Assembly: GCA_019116885.1 (NCBI GenBank)
Contig: DXAU01000070.1
Coordinates: 2,245 to 66,244, forward strand
Length of the DNA: 64,000 bases
From: Candidatus Mediterraneibacter pullistercoris
GTDB taxonomy: Bacteria > Bacillota > Clostridia > Lachnospirales > Lachnospiraceae
Reading direction: 5' to 3'
Part shown: piece after piece, positions 9,208-18,673 of the stretch
How the letters are laid out: each line of letters begins with the position of its first letter
Numbering within the stretch: the first letter of the stretch is position 1
Position numbers and translations under genes: made by a program
Notes under the pieces: model-generated
What the model was told of the DNA's origin: nothing
Database searches by the model: none
The model's input: the letters and a program-made list of their open reading frames with translations, nothing else

Positions 9208-9882
9208 ATGTCTAAAAAGAAGATCATTATATCTGTAGTCATCCTGATTCTGCTGGCCGCTTCCGGCTGTCTTATCTGGCACTTCCGCTATTATTTTACC
9301 AATACGAGCAGCGAGCCGGTTCAGGCAAAAGAAAATGAGGATTTTGGCATAGCAGATTTCCACAGTTCTGTAGATATGGACGGGGACGGGCTGGATGATC
9401 AGTCGGATATTCTTCAGGGCGCAAGGGATTATATTTCCACAAATCCGGTTTACAAGAGTAAATATTACTCTACAGGATATCCGGATGACCGGTATGGCGT
9501 CTGTACGGATGTTGTTGCAAATGCAATGAAAAGTGCAGGGTATGACCTTATGGAACTTGTCAATGCAGATATTCTGGAGAATCCGCAGGATTACAATATA
9601 GAGGAACCCGATATCAATATTGACTTCCGGAGAGTCAATAACCTGAAAGTATATTTTGCCCATACTGCGGTTGAGCTTACGACAGACGTCTATGATATCA
9701 GTCAGTGGCAGGGCGGGGATATCGTGATTTTTGAGAACCATATCGGAATTGTTTCGGACAAGAGGAATGATGACGGAGTGGCTTATGTAATCCATCACAA
9801 TGATCCGTTTCAGAAGTCATATGAGGAGGATATCCTTGAAAGCAGGGATGATATTACAGGCCATTACCGCATCAGCGAGTGA
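9208..9882 (+). CDS. DUF1287 domain protein, membrane-anchored
   Basis: N-terminal TM/signal anchor; GYPDDRYGVCTDVVANAMKSAGYDL and GDIVIFENHIGIVSD are typical of DUF1287. Confidence 0.75.
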   Translation: MSKKKIIISVVILILLAASGCLIWHFRYYFTNTSSEPVQAKENEDFGIADFHSSVDMDGDGLDDQSDILQGARDYISTNPVYKSKYYSTGYPDDRYGVCTDVVANAMKSAGYDLMELVNADILENPQDYNIEEPDINIDFRRVNNLKVYFAHTAVELTTDVYDISQWQGGDIVIFENHIGIVSDKRNDDGVAYVIHHNDPFQKSYEEDILESRDDITGHYRISE

Positions 9883-9919
9883 GATAAACGGTTAAAAACA
9901 TGGGAAATGGAGGAAAGTT

Positions 9920-10519
9920 ATGGAACGATGTCCCTGGTGTATGTGCAATGAAAAGATGATCCGTTACCATGATGAGGAGTGGGGTGTGCCGGTATACGAC
10001 GATCAGAAGCAGTTCGAGTTTCTGATGATGGAAGTTATGCAGTGCGGACTCAACTGGAATATGATGATACAGAAAAGGGAGATATTTAAAAGCTGCTTTG
10101 ATAATTTTAATTTTGAAAAAGTGGCTGCGTATGGCGAAGAAGACGTTCAAAGGATTTTGGGAACAGAGGGGATGATCCGATCAAGAAGAAAGATCGAGGC
10201 CGTAATACATAATGCCCGGCGTTTTCAGGATATCCGAAGGGAGTTCGGCTCTTTCAGCGAGTATATGTGGAACTTTACGAACGGGAAGACGTATCTGTAT
10301 ACCGGACATCAGAAAGGAGAGATCCCGGCAAGAAACGGACTTTCGGACAGGATAAGCAAAGATCTGAAAAAACGCGGAATGAAGTATATGGGGTCTGTTA
10401 CAGTGTATTCACATCTACAGGCGTGCGGTATCATCAATGATCATATGGAATCTTGTTTCCGGTATCAGGAGCTTCTGGAAATGACGGATTCGGTTCATAA
10501 GAGAAAAGATCACGAATAA
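9920..10519 (+). CDS. tag: DNA-3-methyladenine glycosylase I
   Basis: CPWC...YHDEEWGVPVYDD..FEFLMMEV.QCGLNW signature of Tag. Confidence 0.9.
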   Translation: MERCPWCMCNEKMIRYHDEEWGVPVYDDQKQFEFLMMEVMQCGLNWNMMIQKREIFKSCFDNFNFEKVAAYGEEDVQRILGTEGMIRSRRKIEAVIHNARRFQDIRREFGSFSEYMWNFTNGKTYLYTGHQKGEIPARNGLSDRISKDLKKRGMKYMGSVTVYSHLQACGIINDHMESCFRYQELLEMTDSVHKRKDHE

Positions 10520-10547
10520 GAACGCATAAGAAGGGAGGGCATGGTTC

Positions 10548-11072
10548 GTGTTTGTACGGAGCGTCATACTTATAGTTATGGGTATTTTTTTGCTGGCATG
10601 GGTGATTTTCTGTGCAGTCCAGTTTATACGTCATAGCAGGGATGTAGTGGCAGAAGCCGGATTTGTTGGACATGTTAAATGTGAAAAATGCGGCACAGAG
10701 TATGATGTGAGGGCAGAGGAATTTACAAAGAGCTATGCGTCAAAATATAAAAGTGTCACCAGAACAAAAATGCAGGGCGGCGCATTTATAAACCGTCCGC
10801 AGTACAAATACTATGCGAAAAAATTTCAATGTCCCGGCTGCGGAAAAAAGCGGTATGCACAGGTGCTCAATATCAATGAGATCAATAATATGATGACCGG
10901 ACCGGTGCTCCGGGCAGGGGTGAGATGGCTGGTCATGATGTTCATCGGCGGCGTACTTATTCTGTCTGCAGCAAGCATACCGCTGTATTTTGTTGATCAG
11001 GCGAGAGAACAGAAAGTGGAAGAACTGAGAGAACAGCAGTATGAGGACTTTAAAGAGAGGTATGGCTTATAG
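10548..11072 (+). CDS. hypothetical membrane protein with zinc-ribbon
   Basis: GTG start 8 nt after AAGGGAGGG; TM - CEKCG...CPGCG - TM architecture. Confidence 0.5.
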   Translation: MFVRSVILIVMGIFLLAWVIFCAVQFIRHSRDVVAEAGFVGHVKCEKCGTEYDVRAEEFTKSYASKYKSVTRTKMQGGAFINRPQYKYYAKKFQCPGCGKKRYAQVLNINEINNMMTGPVLRAGVRWLVMMFIGGVLILSAASIPLYFVDQAREQKVEELREQQYEDFKERYGL

Positions 11073-11140
11073 AGTCTGGTCTGTCCGGCAGCATGATTCT
11101 GCTGCCGGAATGGAAACAATCAGAAATGGGGAGATTTATT

Positions 11141-11608
11141 ATGAATATAAAAGATACCCGGGCCGATACTATTATGGAATATATGTGCAGGATCATGCTT
11201 GCAGGGACGCTGATATACCTGATTGTCTGCTGGAATAGGATCCCCGGTCAGATACCCACACACTATAACGCCGCAGGTGAGATCGACGGCTGGGGCGGCA
11301 AGAGTATGATATGGTTTACTGTGATCATAGTGTGGGTTTTGTATCTTGGCATCAGTTTTGTTGAGCGTTATCCTGATTTATGGAATACTGGTGTGAAGAT
11401 CACCCGGAAAAACAGTGAAAAAGTATACCGGCTGTTAAAGTATCTGATCAGAACATCAAAACTTATTATGACGGCGGTGTTTACGGCTCTGGTCATATTT
11501 CCTGCAATGGAAAAGCCGCTGCCGCCCTGGTTCACGCCGGTTTATCTCATATTGCTGACAGGAAATACGGTATTCTGGCTGATCCGCATATTCCTTGCAC
11601 GAAAATGA
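11141..11608 (+). CDS. DUF1648 domain membrane protein
   Basis: IPGQIPTHYNAAGEIDGWGGK motif of DUF1648/SdpI-like proteins; 4 TM helices. Confidence 0.65.
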   Translation: MNIKDTRADTIMEYMCRIMLAGTLIYLIVCWNRIPGQIPTHYNAAGEIDGWGGKSMIWFTVIIVWVLYLGISFVERYPDLWNTGVKITRKNSEKVYRLLKYLIRTSKLIMTAVFTALVIFPAMEKPLPPWFTPVYLILLTGNTVFWLIRIFLARK

Positions 11609-11642
11609 GAGCAGTAGGCGGCTCTGAAAAAAAGAGATATCT

Positions 11643-11930
11643 ATGAACAGAAAAATATATGAATATGATGAAATCATTCACTGCATCCCGGAAAAGGGCG
11701 GCGCATATGTCATTTTCCCATGGAATATCAGGGAAGAATTTGGAAGAGGCAGGGTGAAAGTTCATGCAGAATTTGACGGACAGCCATATGACGGAAGTGT
11801 CGTAAATATGGGAGTCAAGTACGAAGATGGCTCTGTCTGTTACATTATCGGCATCACGAAAGCTATCCGCTCTAAGATAAACAAAGGAGACGGCGATCGT
11901 GTCCATGTGATTATAAAAGAAAGAGAATAG
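11643..11930 (+). CDS. DUF1905 domain protein
   Basis: FPWNIREEFGRGRVKVHAEFDGQPYDGSVVNMG matches the DUF1905 pattern. Confidence 0.7.
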   Translation: MNRKIYEYDEIIHCIPEKGGAYVIFPWNIREEFGRGRVKVHAEFDGQPYDGSVVNMGVKYEDGSVCYIIGITKAIRSKINKGDGDRVHVIIKERE

Positions 11931-11949
11931 CTGCTCAATTATTATTGTA

Positions 11950-11979
11950 TAGACACTGGATTGTGAAGAATGATACAAT
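11950..11979 (+). promoter_or_regulatory. candidate extended -10 promoter
   Basis: TAGACA, 18 nt, TGaTACAAT (TG at 11971-11972, -10 at 11974-11979), 40 nt upstream of the OLD-like gene. Confidence 0.35.
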
Positions 11980-12018
11980 AAAAGTATGTCGGAAAGACCG
12001 GGGACGGGAGGAGTCAGG

Positions 12019-13914
12019 ATGCAGATAACAAATCTGCGGATCCGCAATTTTAAATCAATTAAAAATATGCATATCGGCGGGATTGAAAACGCCCTCATAC
12101 TGGTCGGCAAGAATGACACCGGAAAAACTGCCGTCCTCGATGCCGTGCGGGCAGTGGGCGGAGACTATATTGTGAAAGAAGAGGATTTCCGCGAGAGCTT
12201 TCCGAATGTAGAGATCGGTGTGGAACTTCAGATTACGGAAGATGATATGAAGCGTTTTCACCGGTTCGGCCTTGTCAGCGGCTACCGCAGATACGAGGCA
12301 TGGTATCGGGATTTCTGCAGGAAGCTGCCGTCTTTTCAGCCCGGTGGGGAGAATGGAGAGGGCAGCCGGGACGGAAGCTCCGGCGGTACGCTGACTTTTG
12401 AATTTACTGCAAACCGGGAGGGGCGTATCCGGTACAGCGACGGACATCAGAAGAATAACCGATATATCCCGCTGATATTTCCGCATATTTATTTTATGGA
12501 TACGCAGAGAAATCTGGAGAAATTCCAGGACAATCTGCTGCTGATGCAGGAGGATGATCTGCTCAAGCAGATGCGCTCCGGCTGCTGTATGTTTGATATG
12601 GCAAAAGAATGTAATCACTGTTTCTCCTGTATCGGACTGCTCTGCAAGAAGACAACAGAGGAGCTGAACGCTTTTGAGGCGGCGAAGCTCCTGGAATACA
12701 AGCTCTACAATCTGAGTCTGGATGCATTTTCCCGGAGGGTCAACAGGAACTTCCGGAAAAACGGCGGGCGGGATGAGATCATATATTCCATGAACCTGGA
12801 TATCGAGCGGACGCTTGCCGTGACAGCAGAGGTGCGTCAGGCAGGCTCTCAGGAGAAGCGCCCGGCAGGAAGCATGGGGAAAGGGATACGCAGCATCTAC
12901 ATGCTCTCACTGCTGGAGACATATGAGGAAGAGGGAGTGGAAAATGCTGATATCATTATGGTGGAAGATCCAGAGATCTTTCTCCACCCGAAGCTGCAGA
13001 AAGTGTCAGGAGATATCTTGTACCGGCTGTCGCGGAAGAATCAGGTCATGTTCTCTACCCATTCGCCGAATCTGCTGTCAAACTTTAACAGCAGACAGAT
13101 CCGCCAGATCTTTTTAAATGAGGACGGGCTTTCTGAGGTGAAAGAGAAGACGGATATCAGCGCAGTTCTGGATGACCTTGGATATTCGGCAAACGATCTG
13201 ATGAATGTGAATTTTGTCTTTATTGTGGAGGGAAAGCAGGACAAGAGCAGACTTCCGCTGCTCATCCGGAAGTATTATTCAGAGACGTATGACGGCGGAG
13301 GGAAGCTCTCGCGTATCGCAATCATCACAACGAACAGTTGTACAAATATTAAGACTTATGCCAATCTGAAATATATGAATCAGGTCTACATAAAAGATAA
13401 TTTCCTTATGATCCGTGACGGGGACGGCAAAGACAGTGAAGAACTGAAATCCCAGCTCTGCAATTATTATGCGCAGAGAAATGAGGAAGACGTGGACCGT
13501 CTGCCCCGGGTGACGGAGAAAAATGTACTGGTTTTGAAATATTATTCTTTTGAAAATTATTTCCTTGACCCGGCAGTGATGGCACAAATTGGCGTCATTG
13601 ATTCGGAAGAACAGTTTTATGAGACATTCTTTGAGAAATGGCGGGAATATCTCTACCGCTTGCGGAGTGGAAAGAAACTGACAGAAGTCATCGGACATGA
13701 TCTTGCGTCTGCAGAGGATGTGAAACATCATATGGAAGAAATTAAAATCCACATGAGAGGGCATAATCTGTACGATATCTTTTACGGGCGGTACAGAGAT
13801 CAGGAACAGGAGATTTTAAGCCGCTATATCGATATAGCGCCAAGAGAGGACTTTGCAGATATCCTGGATTCTATAGATCAGTTCATCTATTTTGAAAGCA
13901 GGAAGAAACTATGA
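12019..13914 (+). CDS. OLD-family / PARIS(AriA-AriB fusion)-like ABC-ATPase + Toprim(DUF4435-like) nuclease
   Basis: Walker A GKNDTGKT, signature-like SMGKGIRS, Walker B/D-loop IIMVEDPEIFLHP, H-loop FSTHSP. The C-terminal module has FIVEGKQD, IRDGDGKD and YSFENYF, resembling Toprim/DUF4435 acidic motifs. GGAGGAG RBS precedes the start. Confidence 0.75.
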   Translation: MQITNLRIRNFKSIKNMHIGGIENALILVGKNDTGKTAVLDAVRAVGGDYIVKEEDFRESFPNVEIGVELQITEDDMKRFHRFGLVSGYRRYEAWYRDFCRKLPSFQPGGENGEGSRDGSSGGTLTFEFTANREGRIRYSDGHQKNNRYIPLIFPHIYFMDTQRNLEKFQDNLLLMQEDDLLKQMRSGCCMFDMAKECNHCFSCIGLLCKKTTEELNAFEAAKLLEYKLYNLSLDAFSRRVNRNFRKNGGRDEIIYSMNLDIERTLAVTAEVRQAGSQEKRPAGSMGKGIRSIYMLSLLETYEEEGVENADIIMVEDPEIFLHPKLQKVSGDILYRLSRKNQVMFSTHSPNLLSNFNSRQIRQIFLNEDGLSEVKEKTDISAVLDDLGYSANDLMNVNFVFIVEGKQDKSRLPLLIRKYYSETYDGGGKLSRIAIITTNSCTNIKTYANLKYMNQVYIKDNFLMIRDGDGKDSEELKSQLCNYYAQRNEEDVDRLPRVTEKNVLVLKYYSFENYFLDPAVMAQIGVIDSEEQFYETFFEKWREYLYRLRSGKKLTEVIGHDLASAEDVKHHMEEIKIHMRGHNLYDIFYGRYRDQEQEILSRYIDIAPREDFADILDSIDQFIYFESRKKL

Positions 13915-14891
13915 TAATGTCACTTACAGCCTGCATGGCAGGCTTTTTCCTTGATTTTATATTTGGAGATCCCGTATGGCTCTATCATCCGGTCCGTTTT
14001 ATCGGAAAGGGAATCTCGATTGGAGAGCGGCTGCTCAGGAAACGGGAACAGACCGGAGAACAGGCAAAGGAGGGCCGGCTCATTGCGGCGGGAGCTATTC
14101 TGTGGGTGTGCATCGCAGGACTGTCATTTCTGATGCCGCTTGGCATACTGATTCTGGCGCAGAAGCTCCATCCCATCCTGCGGTTTGTGCTGGAAACTTT
14201 CTGGTGTTATCAGATCGTGGCGGCGAGAAGCCTGTGCAAAGAGAGCGGCAGGGTATATGAAAGGCTGAAAGAGGGGGATCTTCCCGGCGCCCGCAGAGCA
14301 GTGTCCATGATCGTTGGGAGGGATACGGAGAATCTGAGCGCAGAGGGCGTGACAAAAGCGGCTGTGGAGACGGTGGCGGAGAATACTTCGGACGGAGTGA
14401 CGGCTCCCTTGATCTATCTGATGATCGGCGGGGCCCCTCTTGGTTTTCTGTACAAAGCGGTCAATACGATGGACTCGATGCTGGGATATAAGAATGAGAA
14501 CTATCTGTTCTTCGGCCGCATCCCGGCAAAGATGGACGATATATTTAATTATATTCCCGCACGGATCACAGCGTGGTTTATGATCGCTGCGGCGTATATT
14601 GCCGGACTGGACGGGAGAAATGCGCGGCGCATCTACAGGAGAGACCGGAGAAAACATGCAAGTCCGAATGCAGCGCAGACAGAGGCGGTGTGTGCGGGCG
14701 CTCTCAGAGTGAGGCTTGCAGGGGATGCGGTCTATTTTGGAAAAGTATATAAGAAAGAGTTTATCGGAGACGATCTCCGTCCGATCGAGCCAGAAGACAT
14801 CAAAAGAGCAGGCCGCCTTATGTATGTGACGGCATTTTTACTTCTGGTGTCGCTCGGCACAGCCAAATATGTTCTGGCAGCCCTGATCTGA
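13911..14891 (+). CDS. cbiB: adenosylcobinamide-phosphate synthase
   Basis: FLDFIFGDPVWLYHPVRFIGK and GRDTENL...VAENTSDGV motifs of CbiB/CobD. Confidence 0.9.
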   Translation: MIMSLTACMAGFFLDFIFGDPVWLYHPVRFIGKGISIGERLLRKREQTGEQAKEGRLIAAGAILWVCIAGLSFLMPLGILILAQKLHPILRFVLETFWCYQIVAARSLCKESGRVYERLKEGDLPGARRAVSMIVGRDTENLSAEGVTKAAVETVAENTSDGVTAPLIYLMIGGAPLGFLYKAVNTMDSMLGYKNENYLFFGRIPAKMDDIFNYIPARITAWFMIAAAYIAGLDGRNARRIYRRDRRKHASPNAAQTEAVCAGALRVRLAGDAVYFGKVYKKEFIGDDLRPIEPEDIKRAGRLMYVTAFLLLVSLGTAKYVLAALI

Positions 14892-14964
14892 GACGGAGAA
14901 TGAACCGCAGCGGGCAAAGAGCAGGAAGATGGCAGAGGAGAACTCTGGATTTGGGAGGAACATG

Positions 14965-16014
14965 ATGAGATACGGGCATGGCGGAGACATATATACATAC
15001 AGAGATATGCTGGACTTTTCTGTGAATGTAAATCCTCTCGGCCCACCAAAACGGGTAATCGAGGCGGCAAAAAGAGGAGCCGAACTTGCAGCAGCATACC
15101 CTGACAGCCAGTGCAGGAGACTAAGAGAAACTCTTTCGGCAAAACAGGGACTTCCGGCAGAGAACTATATATTCGGGGGCGGTGCCGCAGAACTTATCTA
15201 TACTCTTGTGCTGGCCGAGAAGCCAAAGCGGGCGCTTCTTCCGGTTCCTGCATTTTCTGAGTATGAGCAGGCGCTGAAAACTGTCGGATGTGAAATAAAC
15301 TACTACAGGACAAAACGGGAGAATTACTTTTGTCCAGACGAAGACTTTCTGGAAGAACTCAGAGCAGATACAGATATTGTATTTCTCTGTTCTCCGTCCA
15401 ATCCGTCTGGTCATGGGATCGGGAAGGACTTGCTGCGGCGTACCGTGCAATCCTGTGAAAGGCTGGATATCCGTCTGGTTCTTGACGAGTGCTTTTCAGA
15501 ATTTTTGCAGGAGCCGGCAAAGTATTCCATGCTCAGCGAGACAGAGGATCACAGGAAGCTCTTTCTTCTGCGCGCGTTTACAAAAACTTACGCCATGCCG
15601 GGACTAAGGCTTGGATACGGAGTGTCGTCAGACCTGGAACTGCTGGAGAGGATGGAGCAGGTGCGCCAGCCATGGAGTGTGTCCGTTCCTGCCCAGGAAG
15701 CCGGGACCGCAGCTCTGGCAGAGGACGGCTATGTTGAACGCACAAGGGAACTGGTGGGCGCAGAGAGAAGATACCTGGAGACAGAACTAAAAAAGATGGG
15801 GATCAGATTCATTCCTTCGGATGTGAATTATATTCTTCTGGAAACGGACATAAATCTTTTTGATGAGATGAAAGACCGGGGAATACTGATACGCGACTGC
15901 TCGAACTACCAGGGGCTTGGAAAAGGCTGGTATCGCATTGCTGTGCGGACGCGCAGAGAAAACAGGTATCTGACAGATGCACTGAGAGATATCAGAGGAA
16001 ACGGAGGATTCTAA
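14965..16014 (+). CDS. cobD: threonine-phosphate decarboxylase (class I/II aminotransferase fold)
   Basis: HGGDIYTY start motif, SPSNPSG, FTKTYAMPGLRLGY PLP-lysine region; start is ambiguous among 14929, 14962 and 14965. Confidence 0.85.
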   Translation: MRYGHGGDIYTYRDMLDFSVNVNPLGPPKRVIEAAKRGAELAAAYPDSQCRRLRETLSAKQGLPAENYIFGGGAAELIYTLVLAEKPKRALLPVPAFSEYEQALKTVGCEINYYRTKRENYFCPDEDFLEELRADTDIVFLCSPSNPSGHGIGKDLLRRTVQSCERLDIRLVLDECFSEFLQEPAKYSMLSETEDHRKLFLLRAFTKTYAMPGLRLGYGVSSDLELLERMEQVRQPWSVSVPAQEAGTAALAEDGYVERTRELVGAERRYLETELKKMGIRFIPSDVNYILLETDINLFDEMKDRGILIRDCSNYQGLGKGWYRIAVRTRRENRYLTDALRDIRGNGGF

Positions 16015-17538
16015 ATGAGAGGATCTATCATGATACAGGGGACTATGTCCAATGTGGGAAAAAGTATTCTGGCAGGCGGACTCTGCCGGGTGCTCAGACA
16101 GGATGGGTATCGTACAGCCCCTTTTAAGTCTCAGAATATGGCGCTTAATTCATTCATTACGAGAGAGGGACTCGAGATGGGGCGCGCCCAGGTCATGCAG
16201 GCAGAGGCGGCAGGGATTGAGCCGTCAGCAGATATGAACCCGATTCTGCTGAAACCAACGAACGATACGGGATCACAGGTGATCATCAACGGGAAACCGA
16301 TCGGTATGATGTCTGCGGCAGAATACTACCGGCATAAAAAGGAGTACATTCCTCATATTATGGCGGCATATGAAAAACTGAAGAAAACATATGATGTGAT
16401 TGTGATCGAGGGAGCAGGGAGTCCGGCAGAAATCAACCTGAAACAGGATGATATCGTAAATATGGGGCTGGCAGAGCTGGTGGATGCACCCGTCCTGCTT
16501 GCCGGAGATATTGACAGGGGCGGTGTGTTTGCCCAGCTCATCGGTACAGTTATGCTGCTCGAAGAAAAGGAACGGCAGAGGATCAAGGGCATGATTATCA
16601 ATAAGTTCCGCGGCGATGCATCAATCCTCAGGCCCGGTCTTGATATGCTAGAGGAGAAAGCGGAGATTCCGGTGCTCGGAGTCGTACCTTATTTTTATCT
16701 GGACATCGATGAAGAGGACAGTCTGACCGAGCGGTTCCAGAAGAAGCAGGGACTGGGAGTTGTGGATGTGGCAGTCATCCGCCTGCCAAGGATATCGAAT
16801 TTTACAGATTTCGCCCCGCTGGAGGCGCTTGAAGAAGTGAGTGTAAGATATGTTGCTTCTCCTGCGGAGTTTGGAGAACCGGATGCAGTCATCCTGCCGG
16901 GGACCAAAAATACGATCCGCGATCTTCTCTGGATGCGGCAGAATGGTCTTGAAGCAAAGATATTAAGACATGCGTCAAATGGCGGCCTTGTATTCGGCAT
17001 CTGCGGGGGATACCAGATGCTCGGCGAGGCAATTTCCGATCCGGTGGGAGCAGAACAGGGCGGTTCTGTAAACGGGCTCGGTCTTCTCCCGGTCCGGACT
17101 GTATTTGAAAAGGAAAAGAAAAGGACGAGAGTGCAGGGACATTTTCTGAAACTGGAGGGGATTCTGGGCGAACTTGCAGGAACAGAGTTTGAGGGATATG
17201 AGATCCATATGGGGGAGAGCGCTGCGGCTCAGCATGAGAGCCCCCTTGTAGAATTTTCTGAAATGCAGGGTAGCGCAGTATTGGACGGAGCCCAGAGAGG
17301 AAATGTGTATGGCTGCTATGTCCACGGAATATTTGATGCGCCGGACTGTACCAGAGGTTTTCTGAGGGCTCTTTTAAAACAGAAAGGATATGATGCATCT
17401 GATATTCAGGTGACGGACTGGAAAGCATACAAGGAAAAGCAGTATGATATGCTTGCAGATATTATCAGAGAAAACCTTGATATGAACAGGATTTATGAGA
17501 TCATAGAGAAAGGAAATGATGCGCAATGCAGTCTGTAA
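16015..17538 (+). CDS. cobQ: cobyric acid synthase
   Basis: IMIQGTMSNVGKS P-loop and a C-terminal GATase domain with GICGGYQMLG. Confidence 0.92.
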   Translation: MRGSIMIQGTMSNVGKSILAGGLCRVLRQDGYRTAPFKSQNMALNSFITREGLEMGRAQVMQAEAAGIEPSADMNPILLKPTNDTGSQVIINGKPIGMMSAAEYYRHKKEYIPHIMAAYEKLKKTYDVIVIEGAGSPAEINLKQDDIVNMGLAELVDAPVLLAGDIDRGGVFAQLIGTVMLLEEKERQRIKGMIINKFRGDASILRPGLDMLEEKAEIPVLGVVPYFYLDIDEEDSLTERFQKKQGLGVVDVAVIRLPRISNFTDFAPLEALEEVSVRYVASPAEFGEPDAVILPGTKNTIRDLLWMRQNGLEAKILRHASNGGLVFGICGGYQMLGEAISDPVGAEQGGSVNGLGLLPVRTVFEKEKKRTRVQGHFLKLEGILGELAGTEFEGYEIHMGESAAAQHESPLVEFSEMQGSAVLDGAQRGNVYGCYVHGIFDAPDCTRGFLRALLKQKGYDASDIQVTDWKAYKEKQYDMLADIIRENLDMNRIYEIIEKGNDAQCSL

Positions 17539-18413
17539 TAAGGATTGGCAGCAGGGAGAGCCTACTTGCAGTCAGACAGGCGGAGATCATCCGGGATCAG
17601 ATATTAAGCGCAGAACCGGACCTCTTGGTTGAGATTATAACAATGAAGACGACAGGTGATAAAATACTGGATAAGAGTCTGGCCAGAATCGGCGGAAAAG
17701 GACTCTTCGTCAAAGAACTGGACCGGGCGCTTATGGACGGCAGGATCGATATTGCAGTGCACAGTCTGAAGGATATGCCGATGGAAGAGAATCCGGAGTT
17801 TCCGATCCTTGCCTACAGCAAAAGAGAAGATCCAAGAGATGTACTCCTGTACCGGCAGGGGATCTGTAAACTTCCGGAACATGCAGTGATCGGAACCTCC
17901 AGCATGCGGCGGCTGGTTCAGATGAAGAAGCTATGTCCCGGCTGTACATTTCAGGGAATCCGGGGCAATGTCCAGACACGGATGAAGAAACTTGAGACGG
18001 AAGGATATGACGCGACACTCCTTGCGGCAGCCGGATTAAAACGTCTTGGCATGGAGCATGTCATCAGCCGGTATCTCTCTGTGGATGAGGTGATCCCGGC
18101 AGCCGGACAGGGGATACTTGCCGTGCAGGGAAAAAAGGGCGAAGTGGCTGACTGGATCAAACGGATCGATGTGCAGGAAAGCAGGTCCGCCGCGCTCGCA
18201 GAACGGCAGTTCATCCGTGTGACAGGCGGAGACTGCACTTCACCATGTGCCGCACATGCGCAGGTGAGTGGAAACGAACTGAAACTGACAGGACTTTACT
18301 ATAATGAAGCAGCAGAAGAGTACACAGTGGACGTGATTGTCGCGGAAACCTCGAAAGCCCGTCAGGCAGGAGAAATACTGGCAGAGCGTATGATGAAAGA
18401 AAACCTGCGCTGA
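17526..18413 (+). CDS. hemC: hydroxymethylbilane synthase
   Basis: IRIGSRESLLAVRQAE, GGKGLFVKELD, HSLKDMP and RGNVQTRMKKL motifs. Confidence 0.92.
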   Translation: MQSVIRIGSRESLLAVRQAEIIRDQILSAEPDLLVEIITMKTTGDKILDKSLARIGGKGLFVKELDRALMDGRIDIAVHSLKDMPMEENPEFPILAYSKREDPRDVLLYRQGICKLPEHAVIGTSSMRRLVQMKKLCPGCTFQGIRGNVQTRMKKLETEGYDATLLAAAGLKRLGMEHVISRYLSVDEVIPAAGQGILAVQGKKGEVADWIKRIDVQESRSAALAERQFIRVTGGDCTSPCAAHAQVSGNELKLTGLYYNEAAEEYTVDVIVAETSKARQAGEILAERMMKENLR

Positions 18414-18422
18414 CCAGAAAGG

Positions 18423-18581
18423 TCATCTGCTGATCAGGAAAAGACCGAAGATGCACACGCCGATACCGATGATCTGCTGCAGGGTGAGTCCTTCCCGATA
18501 GACGAGAAATCCGACGATGACGAGGAGGCATGCCAGGGCAATGTTGGCAGTCAGACAAATAGCCTGACTGCCGGCAGGTGC
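18423..18581 (-). pseudogene. C-terminal remnant of a DMT/EamA- or SMR-type transporter
   Basis: The 52-codon frame reads APAGSQAICLTANIALACLLVIVGFLVYREGLTLQQIIGIGVCIFGLFLISR*, i.e. the last two TM helices of such a transporter; a stop lies immediately upstream and there is no start codon. Confidence 0.35.
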
Positions 18582-18673
18582 TCACCCTAATATGGGAATT
18601 GCACTATGGCACCGGGGGAATGTCAAACAGAAGAACTATTACATGAATAGAGAAGCGGAGGAATGGCTTAAGA

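Noticed and set aside
8953-9798. Long antisense ORFs in the six-frame track: this 281-aa ORF, plus 83-688, 20636-21307, 42623-43567, 57982-58809, 62636-63259, 11547-12119 and others
   Set aside because: Each lies opposite a gene with clear family motifs, has an odd Arg/Ser/Cys/His-rich composition, lacks an RBS and shows no recognisable motif. They are shadow ORFs typical of moderately GC-rich coding DNA.
11931-12018. Cobalamin riboswitch expected upstream of the cbiB-cobD-cobQ operon (also checked 18414-18673 and 46036-46058)
   Set aside because: The intergenic regions are too short, and I found no B12-box-like GCCACTG element or conserved stems. No riboswitch can be supported here.
18211-18585. 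124-aa minus-strand ORF overlapping the hemC 3' end
   Set aside because: Its frame differs from the transporter-like stub, its composition is Arg/His/Ser/Cys-rich, and most of it is antisense to hemC. It is spurious.
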